DNA from: Gammaproteobacteria bacterium | GTDB taxonomy: Bacteria > Pseudomonadota > Gammaproteobacteria > Eutrophobiales > Eutrophobiaceae | Direction of reading: 5' to 3' | Assembly: GCA_965221695.1 (NCBI GenBank) | Contig: OZ244905.1 | Coordinates: 896,001 to 960,000, forward strand | Length of the DNA stretch: 64,000 bases | Part shown: in pieces, positions 21,016 through 31,739 of the stretch | How the letters are laid out: every line of letters starts with the position of its first letter | How positions within the stretch are numbered: position 1 is the stretch's first letter | The notes under the pieces: generated by a model | Told to the model about the DNA's origin: nothing | What the model saw: only the letters and a program-made list of their open reading frames with translations | The model's database searches: none | Program-made: the position numbers and the translations under genes

Positions 21016-22506
21016 ATGAGTATGAAAACATTATCGTCAAGTCCCAAGCGAACTGACGCGTTATCCGGGCTGGAACAAGCCTCCCGGCAATTGCTCAGCC
21101 CGGGCGGAATCGGCCGCCGGGACATTGAAAAGACCCTGGACCAGATCATCGTCAATGATATCGACTACGCTGACCTGTATTTTGAATATTCCCAAGCCGA
21201 GTCCTGGGTGCTGGAGGAAGGCATTATCCGGGAAGGCTCTCACAGTATCGACCAGGGAGTGGGAGTCAGGGCCGTCAGCGGCGACAAAACCGGTTTTGCC
21301 TATTCCGATGAGATTGTACTGCCGGCGCTGACCGATGCCGCGCACGCGGCGCGGGCTATCGCCCGCAGCGGTGGCGCGCAGACACTGCAAGCCTGGCAAA
21401 ACCGCCATCTGGCGCCGCTCTACGCCGGCGAGAATCCGCTGGATTCGATACCCGCCGAGCAAAAGATTGCGCTGTTGCAACGCATCGATACCGAAACCCG
21501 CAACAAGGACCCAAAGGTCAAACAGGTGATTGCCGGCCTGAGCGCAGCGTATACCGCAATACTGGTTGCCGGCAGTGACGGCGTTTACAACGCTGATATA
21601 AGACCGCTGGTCAGGCTTAATGTCAATGTCATCGTCGAGCAGAACGGCAGGCGGGAAAAAGGCGGCGCCGGTGGCGGCGGGCGCTTTGGCTATGACTACT
21701 TTATGAATGAAGAAATCGTGTCCGGCTATATCGACGATGCGGTGACCCAAGCGCTGAACAACCTGGAAGCCGTGCCGGCGCCGGCCGGCGCGATGACCGT
21801 TGTGCTGGGCCCGGGCTGGCCCGGGATCCTGTTGCACGAAGCCATCGGTCACGGACTGGAGGGCGATTTCAACCGTAAGGGCACCTCCGCATTCAGTAAT
21901 CGTATAGGCCAGCGGGTCGCGGCCGAAAGCGTTACTGTGGTGGATGACGGGACTATCGAGAACCGGCGCGGTTCGCTGACCGTCGACGATGAGGGAACGC
22001 CTACCGAATCCACGACCTTGATTGACCGGGGTATCCTCAAAAACTACATGCAAGACAAGCTCAATGCCGGCTTGATGGGGATGAATCCCACCGGCAACGG
22101 GCGCCGGGAATCCTATGCGCACCTGCCGATGCCGAGAATGACGAATACTTATATGCTGGGAGGTGAGCATGACCCCGAAGAAATAATCGGCTCGGTGCAA
22201 AAAGGAGTATATGCTTCCCAGTTCGGCGGCGGGCAGGTGGATATCACCAACGGTAAATTCGTATTCAGCGCCAGCCAGGCCTGGCTCATCGAAAACGGCC
22301 GTCTGACCGCGCCCATCAAGGGCGCGACCCTGATCGGCAACGGACCGGATGTGCTGACCCGCGTGTCCATGGCCGGTAATGACATGCAACTCGATAGTGG
22401 CATCGGGGTATGCGGAAAGGATGGCCAGTCAGTCCCCGTCGGGGTGGGGCAACCGACCATCAGGATCGACGAATTGACCGTCGGCGGGACATCCAGACCG
22501 GATTAA
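21016..22506 (+). CDS. tldD: Metalloprotease TldD
   Basis: LLHEAIGHGLEGDFNRKG, PMPRMTNT, CGKDGQ. Confidence 0.96.
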   Translation: MSMKTLSSSPKRTDALSGLEQASRQLLSPGGIGRRDIEKTLDQIIVNDIDYADLYFEYSQAESWVLEEGIIREGSHSIDQGVGVRAVSGDKTGFAYSDEIVLPALTDAAHAARAIARSGGAQTLQAWQNRHLAPLYAGENPLDSIPAEQKIALLQRIDTETRNKDPKVKQVIAGLSAAYTAILVAGSDGVYNADIRPLVRLNVNVIVEQNGRREKGGAGGGGRFGYDYFMNEEIVSGYIDDAVTQALNNLEAVPAPAGAMTVVLGPGWPGILLHEAIGHGLEGDFNRKGTSAFSNRIGQRVAAESVTVVDDGTIENRRGSLTVDDEGTPTESTTLIDRGILKNYMQDKLNAGLMGMNPTGNGRRESYAHLPMPRMTNTYMLGGEHDPEEIIGSVQKGVYASQFGGGQVDITNGKFVFSASQAWLIENGRLTAPIKGATLIGNGPDVLTRVSMAGNDMQLDSGIGVCGKDGQSVPVGVGQPTIRIDELTVGGTSRPD

Positions 22507-22537
22507 TTTACATGGATGAACACAATCCCGGACATCC

Positions 22538-24253
22538 ATGTTAAATGACCTGTTCAGGATAAGGGGGTTCCTTCCCTATGTGTCCATGCTGTTCCTGAAC
22601 GCGTTTGTCGACCTGGGACACAAAATCACGATACAGAATACCGTTTTCAAGACCTACGAGGGCGATGCCCTGATTATTTTGACGGCTATCGTCAACGCGC
22701 TGATCCTGCTGCCGTTCATCCTGCTGTTTACCCCCGCCGGTTTCATAGCCGACAAGTTTCCGAAAAATCGGGTTATGCGCACCACCGCCTGGGGCGTAGT
22801 CGCGCTGACCAGCTTGATCACCTTGTTCTACTACCTGGAATGGTTCTGGGCGGCCTTCGCGATGACGTTCCTGCTGGCGGTGCAAAGCGCGTTTTATGGG
22901 CCCGCGAAGTACGGTTATATCAGGGAAATTGCCGGCAAGCAACGGCTGGCGCGCGCCAACGGCGTGGTGCAGGCCACTACGACCACCGCGATCCTTACCG
23001 GAACATTCATATTTTCAATCACCTTCGAGATGTTCCTGGCCGATTTGGCATTTTCGACCAAGGAGGATGTGCTAGGCGCGATCAAACTTACCGGCTGGTT
23101 CCTGATTGCAGGCGCGCTGGTGGAATTGTTGCTGTCCTACCGCTTGCCTACCGTCCACGAACCGGATCAAGACCTGCGTTTCGACTGGGCAAAATATCGT
23201 AGCGGCCGTTACCTGGCCGAAAACCTGAACGCGGTCAGGTCCCGGGAAGTGATCCTGTTGTCTATCATCGGCCTGGCGATCATCTGGGCAATCGGCCAGG
23301 TGTTACTGGCGGCATTCCCCGCGTTCGCGAAGGACAACCTGGGGGTGTACGACACCCGGATCATCCAGGGCACACTTGCGTGTGCCGGTATCGGGATCAT
23401 GCTGGGCTCGCTTATCGCCGGCAGGATCTCAAAAAACTATATCGAGACCGGCTTGATCCCGGTCGGCGCGCTGGGGGTGGCCGCCTGCTTGTTCATCCTG
23501 CCAGGGCTAGGTAGCGTGCCGGCCCATGCTCTTAACATCCTGTTGCTGGGCATGCTCAGCGGCCTGTTCATCATCCCTCTCAACGCGCTGCTCCAGTTCC
23601 ACGCGGGCGAACGTATGCTGGGCAGGGTACTGGCGGGCAACAGCCTTATCCAGAACGTAGTAATGCTGAGCTTTCTGGCGCTGACGGCGCTGTTTTCCAT
23701 GAGAGGCATCAGCAACCTGTTGTTTCCGTTATTGACGCTGGTGGCGCTGGGCGGGGCAATATATACAGTGTATAAACTGCCGCAATCGCTGGCGCGGTTT
23801 ATCGTCACCCTGGCCATCGGCTACCGTTACCGGCTGGAGGTCGGGGGATTCGGCAATTTTCCCGATAGCGGTGGAGTCCTGTTGCTGGGCAAACACACCA
23901 GCCAGGGCGACTGGACCTTCATCCAGATGGCATCGCCGCGCCAGGTGCGCTTTGTGATGGATGAGAACATCCACAGCAAGTGGTATACGAGGAAGTTCTT
24001 TGAATTCTTCCGCGCCTTGTCCGGCGCCCCGGATCAATCCACGCGCAAGACCATCATCGAGCTGCTTGATGCCGGCGAAGTCGTATGTCCATGGTCTGCG
24101 GCAACCGCGGATGATACTGCGTGGCTGGAGTCCTTGCGCAATAGCAGAGACAAGCCGGATAAATGGGTAACATTGCCGTTTACCATGAGCGGTTCACCGG
24201 GCGGCAAGGCATCGTCGAACGGGGTAAGCATCGCATTCGGTGAACCCATTTGA
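22538..24253 (+). CDS. LplT-like MFS transporter fused to a short acyltransferase-like domain (Aas-related, C-terminally short)
   Basis: FLNAFVDLGHKI, PAKYGYI, IETGLIP; HX4D motif in KHTSQGD; no acyl-CoA synthetase domain. Confidence 0.75.
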   Translation: MLNDLFRIRGFLPYVSMLFLNAFVDLGHKITIQNTVFKTYEGDALIILTAIVNALILLPFILLFTPAGFIADKFPKNRVMRTTAWGVVALTSLITLFYYLEWFWAAFAMTFLLAVQSAFYGPAKYGYIREIAGKQRLARANGVVQATTTTAILTGTFIFSITFEMFLADLAFSTKEDVLGAIKLTGWFLIAGALVELLLSYRLPTVHEPDQDLRFDWAKYRSGRYLAENLNAVRSREVILLSIIGLAIIWAIGQVLLAAFPAFAKDNLGVYDTRIIQGTLACAGIGIMLGSLIAGRISKNYIETGLIPVGALGVAACLFILPGLGSVPAHALNILLLGMLSGLFIIPLNALLQFHAGERMLGRVLAGNSLIQNVVMLSFLALTALFSMRGISNLLFPLLTLVALGGAIYTVYKLPQSLARFIVTLAIGYRYRLEVGGFGNFPDSGGVLLLGKHTSQGDWTFIQMASPRQVRFVMDENIHSKWYTRKFFEFFRALSGAPDQSTRKTIIELLDAGEVVCPWSAATADDTAWLESLRNSRDKPDKWVTLPFTMSGSPGGKASSNGVSIAFGEPI

Positions 24254-24256
24254 CAA

Positions 24257-24415
24257 TTAAGGAAACTCTGATTTAGTCAGAGGTTCCTACGATACAAGGA
24301 TGTATTGTCAATATCAATGACTGTAAGGCATTGATATTGTGAGGAAAACAAAAATCGCATTTTTGTTTTCCGTACTCTGACAAGTCCAGGATGGACTTGT
24401 TCAGAGTTTCCTTAA
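24257..24415 (+). mobile_element. 159-bp MITE, full-length copy 2
   Basis: ttaaggaaactctga...tcagagtttccttaa; the right TTAA contains the aroC stop. Confidence 0.88.
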
Positions 24416-25473
24416 CATGGGTTTTGCGCCCGCTGTCGCAATGCGTGATCCATCAGTACCAGCGCCAGCATTGCTTCGGCGATGGGCGTGGCGCGGATGC
24501 CGACACAGGGATCGTGGCGGCCGGTCGTGGCGATCTCCGTTTCATTGCCGTGAATATCCACGGTTTTTCCGGGAATACGAATGCTGGATGTCGGTTTGAG
24601 CGCAATGGCGGCCAGGATATCCTGACCGCTGGAGATGCCGCCGAGGGTGCCGCCGGCGTGGTTGGACAAGAATCCGCCGGTAGTGATCTCATCCCGATGT
24701 TGCGTGCCGCGTTGCTCAACCACCTTGAAGCCATCGCCGATTTCCACGCCCTTGACAGCATTGATGCTCATCAGGGCCTTGGCGATATCGGCATCGAGGC
24801 GGTCAAATATCGGTTCTCCCAATCCCACCGGCACATCAGTTGCAACCAGGTTTATCCGGGCGCCGATGGAATCGCCTGATTTGCGCAGCTCATCCATCAG
24901 TTTTTCCAGGACTTCGACCTTGCCTGCGTCCGGGCAGAAAAATGGGTTGTTATCAACCTCGTTCCAGTCGCGTAATTCCAAGTTGACAGGGCCCAGTTGC
25001 GCGAGGTAACCGCGCACCAGGCAGCTAAACTGCTCGCGCAGGTATTTCCTGGCAATCGCGCCGGCTGCCACGCGCATACAGGTCTCCCGGGCGGACGCAC
25101 GGCCACCGCCGCGGTAATCCCGGATCCCGTATTTTTTCCAGTAGGTGTAATCGGCATGACCGGGCCTGAATTTATCCTTGATCGCGGAATAATCCTTCGA
25201 GCGCTGGTCTTCGTTCTCGATCAGCAGACCTATCGGCGTACCCGTTGTTCTGCCTTCGAACACACCGGACAGTATCTGCACCTTGTCGGACTCCCGACGC
25301 TGGGTAACATGGCGGGATTTACCAGGCTTGCGCCGGTCCAGGTCATGTTGCAGGTCCGCCTCACACAGTTCCATACCAGGCGGACAACCGTCAACAATGC
25401 ACAGGTAGCCATAGCCGTGACTCTCGCCACAACTGGTTACCGTGAATAATTTTCCGATAGTGTTACCTGACAT
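24412..25473 (-). CDS. aroC: Chorismate synthase
   Basis: MSGNTIG, GESHG, RPGHAD, GRHDPCV. Confidence 0.97.
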   Translation of the reverse strand: MSGNTIGKLFTVTSCGESHGYGYLCIVDGCPPGMELCEADLQHDLDRRKPGKSRHVTQRRESDKVQILSGVFEGRTTGTPIGLLIENEDQRSKDYSAIKDKFRPGHADYTYWKKYGIRDYRGGGRASARETCMRVAAGAIARKYLREQFSCLVRGYLAQLGPVNLELRDWNEVDNNPFFCPDAGKVEVLEKLMDELRKSGDSIGARINLVATDVPVGLGEPIFDRLDADIAKALMSINAVKGVEIGDGFKVVEQRGTQHRDEITTGGFLSNHAGGTLGGISSGQDILAAIALKPTSSIRIPGKTVDIHGNETEIATTGRHDPCVGIRATPIAEAMLALVLMDHALRQRAQNPC

Positions 25474-25478
25474 AGAGG

Positions 25479-25877
25479 TCAACTCACAGTATCGACCAAC
25501 GCTGCGTCGATGATCCTGCGATCCTGTGTCAGGAGCGTAACACCAAGAACCCGGGCAGTAGCAACCAAAATCCGATCTGCAGGATCTCTATGAAATGAAG
25601 CCGGCAACGCTGCCACTTCCGCGGCGATGGCAGGAGAGATGCCATAGCGTTGCACCAACGGCGGCGCCGCAGCTTTGTCCAGCCACTCACGTAACGGGAT
25701 ATGCAGGTTGATACGCCCCCGACCATGTAACATGGCCACTTCCCACAGTGATATGTCGGATACCAGCAACGGTGAATCGGCATCAGCCGCCTGGATAAGA
25801 TTACGCTGATTTTGGGAAAGGCTTTCATGCTTATTAAGCCACCAAAGGAGCACATGTGTATCAAGCAACAAACTCAT
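25479..25877 (-). CDS. PIN-domain (VapC-type) toxin
   Basis: [11 protein letters not shown]...[13 protein letters not shown]. Confidence 0.9.
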   Translation of the reverse strand: MSLLLDTHVLLWWLNKHESLSQNQRNLIQAADADSPLLVSDISLWEVAMLHGRGRINLHIPLREWLDKAAAPPLVQRYGISPAIAAEVAALPASFHRDPADRILVATARVLGVTLLTQDRRIIDAALVDTVS

Positions 25878-26113
25878 TAACGGAGACAGTCCCAATCTTC
25901 CTCTGGAACTACCGGTTCAATAATATCTCCAACGATAGAGACCGTGCCTTCCAACTCCATTTGAGGATATCGGGCTTGAGAACGCCGCGCGGGCAACAGC
26001 TCGGCAACCGGGCGTCCGCGCTTCAGGATAAGCACAGGCTCACCTGTTGATTGTACGCGGTCTAGAATTGCCAGGCACTGGGCCTTGAAGACAGATGCAT
26101 TGATTGTTTCCAT
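25877..26113 (-). CDS. Phd/YefM family antitoxin
   Basis: INASVFKAQCLAILDRV...ILKRGRPVAEL. Confidence 0.9.
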   Translation of the reverse strand: METINASVFKAQCLAILDRVQSTGEPVLILKRGRPVAELLPARRSQARYPQMELEGTVSIVGDIIEPVVPEEDWDCLR

Positions 26114-26119
26114 ATGACT

Positions 26120-26149
26120 AGTATAACTGACCAGTCATTTACTGGTCAA
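26120..26149 (-). promoter_or_regulatory. TA promoter with palindromic operator
   Basis: tgaccagt-cattt-actggtca (26128-26148) overlapping TTGACC-N18-TATACT on the minus strand. Confidence 0.6.
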
Positions 26150-26200
26150 TAGTTGTTATTATCACAACACTGCGGTAACACAACGAGCCAAAACTTCGGA

Positions 26201-26740
26201 TTAGTCCAGAACCTGGATAAAACCCTCCCGGTTCGGCATCTTCACCTCGGCGAGGGTGGCGGCATTCATCTCCTTGTCCGCGGGAATGATCTCATTTAGA
26301 TAAAGCAGGTAGGCCGTGAGTGCGTACACTTCGGAAGCAGTCAGGCTGCCTGGTTGGGTCATGGGCTTTGAACGCCGGATGAAGTCAAACAGCGTGGGCG
26401 CGTAAGGCCAGAACGTGCCGATGGTTTTTTCCGGCCATTCATCGGTCAGTCCCATTTGCGCGCCGGCCAGTTGGTCGCCGCTGTCGCCAAGGCCGCCGGG
26501 GCCGTGGCAGGATATGCACAGCCTGTCGTAGAGCGCCCTGCCCTGCTCTGCCGTGCCGCCGCCCTGCGGCAGACCGGCGCCATCCGGCATGACGCCCCAG
26601 TCCAGGCCGCTGACGGCGTGGTTGCCGGCTGGCTCGCCCAGGTCGGGGCCCGGACGAACCTCGTCTGCGCCGGGATTAATCCCAGCCAGCGTCAATACTG
26701 ATATCAGTATCAGGCTGCTTTTCTTCGGTATCATAAACAT
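26201..26740 (-). CDS. Monoheme cytochrome c, SoxD-like
   Basis: PDGAGLPQGGGT, CISCH, TIGTFWPYAPTLFDFIRR, MPNREGF. Confidence 0.85.
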   Translation of the reverse strand: MFMIPKKSSLILISVLTLAGINPGADEVRPGPDLGEPAGNHAVSGLDWGVMPDGAGLPQGGGTAEQGRALYDRLCISCHGPGGLGDSGDQLAGAQMGLTDEWPEKTIGTFWPYAPTLFDFIRRSKPMTQPGSLTASEVYALTAYLLYLNEIIPADKEMNAATLAEVKMPNREGFIQVLD

Positions 26741-28010
26741 GGGTCACGCTTCCGTATTCATCCACGCTCCAGCTGACAATAGCGTTGTAATGGTAAAAAC
26801 CGTGCCGGCCGCGTGCGGCAACGAGTTGTTCCCGCTCCGGTTGCACATATCCGGTCTCGTCAACAGCCCTGCTTTTCAGGACGGCCGGCGTCCCGTCCCA
26901 TTGCCAGGGTATGCGGAACCGGGTAAATGCCTTTGGCAGTACCGGTTCCTCCAATGCCGCCGGCGCCCAGGTCTTGCCGCCGTCAGCGGATACATCCACT
27001 TGCTTTATGCGCCCGCGGCCACTCCAGGCCAGGCCGGTAACCTGGTACAAGCCCGGCCCCTGCTTCAAGACCATGCCGCCGGACGGAGACGTGATCAGCG
27101 ATTTAGCCTCCATCGTGAACGTGAACATACGCGCGTTGCCGGACGGCAGCAGTTCCGTATATCTCGCAGTCTCGTTCCTGGCCAAGATGGGTTGCTCCGT
27201 GGCTTTTAACGACCGCAACCATTTGACGTTCAATACGCCTTCCCAGCCTGGCAGGATCAGGCGTAACGGATAGCCGTTCTCCGGTCTCAGGCGCTCGCCG
27301 TTCTGGTACAAGGCCAGGATCGCGTCGTCCATCGCCTTTTCAATCGGGATGCTGATATTCATCGCAAACGCATCGGCGCCGTCGGCAATCAGCCATTTGG
27401 CCTTTTTATCGATGCCCACCTCCGCCAGTACGGTCGGCAGGGGCACACCGGTCCATTCGCTGCAGGAAACCAGGCCGTGAAAATACCCGGCCTCCGCGCG
27501 CGAGGGGGTATCGTTCCAGCCGGCGTTACTGTTGCCGCCGCACTCGACAAAACAGATCTGTGAGCGCATCGGGTAACGCAGCAAATTATCGATACTGAAA
27601 AATGCCGGTTGCCGCACCAGGCCGTGCAGCAGCAACCGGTGTTCGTCGGGATTGATTTGCGGCACACCGTTGTGGTGCCGCTCGTAATGCAGGCCGTTGG
27701 GCGTGATCATACCTTCCAGCCGGTGCAGCGGCGACCAGGAAGCGCCATTGTTGCGCAATACCCGGTTGGGAGCGGGATAACGAACCACCTCGTCTTCATA
27801 TTCCGCCGGTTGTCCATAGGGCGTAAACGGCTTGCCCGGGACGTTCATCCACTCGGGCCTGGCAGACAGTTCCGGCGTAGCGGCATGGGCCTTGCCAGCA
27901 AGCAGTTGGGCGGCTCCCATTACCAGTCCGCCTTGCAGGAACAGGCGCCGGTCCAGCAGACCATTACCGGCAACAGGCGTCAGGCGCCGAGATTTATTAT
28001 TATTGCTCAT
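26676..28010 (-). CDS. soxC: Sulfite-oxidase-family molybdoenzyme, SoxC-like, Tat-exported
   Basis: DRRLFL Tat motif, ITPNGLHYERHH, ECGGN, RPENGYPLRL, YHYNAI. Confidence 0.85.
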   Translation of the reverse strand: MSNNNKSRRLTPVAGNGLLDRRLFLQGGLVMGAAQLLAGKAHAATPELSARPEWMNVPGKPFTPYGQPAEYEDEVVRYPAPNRVLRNNGASWSPLHRLEGMITPNGLHYERHHNGVPQINPDEHRLLLHGLVRQPAFFSIDNLLRYPMRSQICFVECGGNSNAGWNDTPSRAEAGYFHGLVSCSEWTGVPLPTVLAEVGIDKKAKWLIADGADAFAMNISIPIEKAMDDAILALYQNGERLRPENGYPLRLILPGWEGVLNVKWLRSLKATEQPILARNETARYTELLPSGNARMFTFTMEAKSLITSPSGGMVLKQGPGLYQVTGLAWSGRGRIKQVDVSADGGKTWAPAALEEPVLPKAFTRFRIPWQWDGTPAVLKSRAVDETGYVQPEREQLVAARGRHGFYHYNAIVSWSVDEYGSVTHVYDTEEKQPDTDISIDAGWD

Positions 28011-28050
28011 TGTTTGCTGTTTAGGTTGTACTGTCTGACCTGCGTCCTGT

Positions 28051-28104
28051 CCATTTCCGTGAAAACGGGAATCCAGTGGGCAAAGGGTCGCCCTGCGGGC
28101 GACA
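28051..28104. repeat. Partial dRS3-like BIME unit
   Basis: ccatttccgtgaaaacgggaatccag plus the gtcgccc-tgc-gggcgac linker. Confidence 0.8.
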
Positions 28105-28107
28105 TTA

Positions 28108-28992
28108 TTATTTTTTATCCTGAATATCCTGTACATCCCTGTTAAATAGAATGAAAACACCTTCCCCGCCCTGCTCAAAGTCAAGCCAGATAAAAGGCGT
28201 GCGGGGGTATTTCGCCTCCAGCGCTTCGCGGCCCTCGCCTACTTCCACTACTAAGACGCCATCCATCGCCAGGTGCTGGCCGGCCTCTGCCAAGATGCGA
28301 TCAACCACGTCCATCCCGTTGGCTCCGGCCGCCAGGGCAAGAGACGGCTCATGCCGATATTCAGCCGGCAACGCCGACATTTCCTTATCGGGGACGTAAG
28401 GCGGATTACTAATAATAATATCATACTCCCTGTCCCCTAATGCGCTGAACAGGTCCGACTCGACCAGATTGACCCGCTGCGCCAAGCCGTGTCTTTCTTT
28501 GTTGATGCGGGCCACTTGCAACGCGCCGGGACAGATATCCGTGGCGTCAATGGTTGCATCGGGAAAGGCAACAGCGCAGGCAACAGCGATACAACCGCTG
28601 CCTGTGCATAAATCCAGGATATGCGTGCCCTGCTTGGGCTTAATCCAGGGTGAGAACCGGTCATGGATCAGTTCGGCAATGGGCGAACGAGGTATCAGGA
28701 CACGCTCGTCCACATAAAACCGCAGATCGGCGAACCAGGCCTGTTTGAGCAGATAGGCGACAGGTATTCTAGTCGTTATTCGAGCATCGACCAGCGTCCT
28801 GATATGCTCATGTTCAGTCGCGGTTAGTGTCCTGTTCAACTGCGCCGCGCTGGCGTCAAACGGCAGTTCCAGCGCGCCCAATACCAGGTAGGCGGCCTCA
28901 TCCAGGGCATTATCGGCGCCGTGGCCGAAAAACAGATCAGCCGCAGTAAACCGTTGTACGGCCCAGTCAATGAGTTGACGGGGAGTTGTCAT
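28108..28992 (-). CDS. prmB: 50S ribosomal protein L3 glutamine methyltransferase
   Basis: VLIPRSPIAELI, LDLCTGSGCIA, SNPPYV, EYRHEP. Confidence 0.95.
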   Translation of the reverse strand: MTTPRQLIDWAVQRFTAADLFFGHGADNALDEAAYLVLGALELPFDASAAQLNRTLTATEHEHIRTLVDARITTRIPVAYLLKQAWFADLRFYVDERVLIPRSPIAELIHDRFSPWIKPKQGTHILDLCTGSGCIAVACAVAFPDATIDATDICPGALQVARINKERHGLAQRVNLVESDLFSALGDREYDIIISNPPYVPDKEMSALPAEYRHEPSLALAAGANGMDVVDRILAEAGQHLAMDGVLVVEVGEGREALEAKYPRTPFIWLDFEQGGEGVFILFNRDVQDIQDKK

Positions 28993-29246
28993 ATATGGCG
29001 CACGCGAACCTCTATAAAAGAAGCTGCTTATCTTACAATGGCGGAATCATAATAAAAACCGTCCGGGAAAATCAGGCGCCACACCCGACATCCCGGACGA
29101 TATATTTATGGAGAGTCCTGCAAACGCAGAACACTCCGCCTGGCAGCACATTGCGCGCTGTTCAATCCATAATGTCGAATTTATTCGCGTAACAAACTCC
29201 ACCTCATGGATAGGCGTGGACCAGTTTACCGGGATTATTTTCAAAA

Positions 29247-29268
29247 AAATGTGAGAAAACTCACATTT
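29247..29268. promoter_or_regulatory. CRP/Vfr-type binding site upstream of aceA
   Basis: AAATGTGA-gaaaac-TCACATTT, both half-sites match the CRP consensus. Confidence 0.65.
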
Positions 29269-29467
29269 TGTGCAAAATAATTAGAAAAATTTTGACTTTT
29301 TCGGTTGAAATCCCGGTTTTATTCGGAGCAGTTCCTTTTCGGATCAACGCATGTGACGGATCATCATCAAAACGCAATGCCATTGGCTGGCCCTTCTCCG
29401 AAGATATTTGCGCGCAAGGTAACCACAATGTAAAATAACGCTTTTATCTTTGGCTAAGGAGCATTAC

Positions 29468-30757
<1,290 letters not shown>

Positions 30758-30826
30758 GCAAACAAATCATCTCAGCGCCAGCACAGGGGCGCTTCTGCGC
30801 GCCCCTGTACGGTTCCACAGAGACTG

Positions 30827-31468
30827 ATGGGTTTCAGCGCGTGGTTTCAGCAGCGCCTGCAATCGCTCAGGCAGCGTAAGCCGCAGACTTTTCCCGACAG
30901 CCTGTTGCCGGATAAATTCTCCCGAGCAGCGGTGCTGATACTGTTCTGGCCAGCCCCCGATGATGCTGTCCAGCTCGTTTTTACCCGGCGCACCGAGACC
31001 GTTTCCAGCCATCGCGGCCAGGTATCCTTTCCCGGCGGCGTATTCCATGAGGGTGATGAGACCATGGCTGCCACGGCGCTGCGCGAGACCCGGGAGGAAC
31101 TCGGCATTGACCCCGGCGCCGTCACCCTGATGGGTCGCCTGGATGATGCCTGGAGTATCGCCGGCCACCATGTAATCCCTTACGTGGGCTGGACTGAGCA
31201 GGCGCCTGTCATTACCCCGAACGCCGGCGAAGTGGCACAGGTGATTACGGTGGATGTCCGGGTATTATTACGCCCCGAAGTGAATACCACGCACAATGTC
31301 GAATTCCGCGGAAAAACGCACCTAACCCATGCTTTTGACTGGGACGGCGGGTATGTCTGGGGCCTGACCGCCGATATGTTGCGGGAATTTCTCAACTGGT
31401 TGAACGACGAACCCTGCGACCGTTTTGCCCGGCGTTTGCAGCGAATGGATGAACTTACTGGACTTTAG
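30827..31468 (+). CDS. Nudix CoA pyrophosphatase (NudL-like)
   Basis: HRGQVSFPGG...ALRETREELG, VWGLTA. Confidence 0.9.
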   Translation: MGFSAWFQQRLQSLRQRKPQTFPDSLLPDKFSRAAVLILFWPAPDDAVQLVFTRRTETVSSHRGQVSFPGGVFHEGDETMAATALRETREELGIDPGAVTLMGRLDDAWSIAGHHVIPYVGWTEQAPVITPNAGEVAQVITVDVRVLLRPEVNTTHNVEFRGKTHLTHAFDWDGGYVWGLTADMLREFLNWLNDEPCDRFARRLQRMDELTGL

Positions 31469-31548
31469 CCCGGATACAGCGACAGGTCGACCGGTGTCCC
31501 CGGGGAGCGCTCGGCGGGTTAATTTCCATCCACGAGTCAGGAGGTTGT

Positions 31549-31739
31549 GAAGGAAGCTCTGTGTTAATCTGAGAAGTTTCTTAAGGAACCTCTGATTAAG
31601 TCAGAGGTTCCTACGATACAAGGATGTATCGTCAAAATCAATGACTGTAAGGCATTGATTTTGTGAGGAAAACAAAAATCGCATTTTTGCTTTCCGTACT
31701 CTGACAAGTCCAGGATGGACTTGTTCAGAGTTTCCTTAA
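31549..31739 (+). mobile_element. Mini MITE (31549-31584) abutting full 159-bp MITE copy 3 (31581-31739)
   Basis: Shared TTAA at 31581; the dapE stop lies inside the right TIR. Confidence 0.85.

Noticed and set aside
18026-22389. Long antisense ORFs (454 aa opposite hom, 442 aa opposite tldD; similar ones opposite recJ and ccoI)
   Set aside because: They mirror well-conserved genes and carry no recognisable motifs, as expected for shadow ORFs in GC-rich coding DNA.
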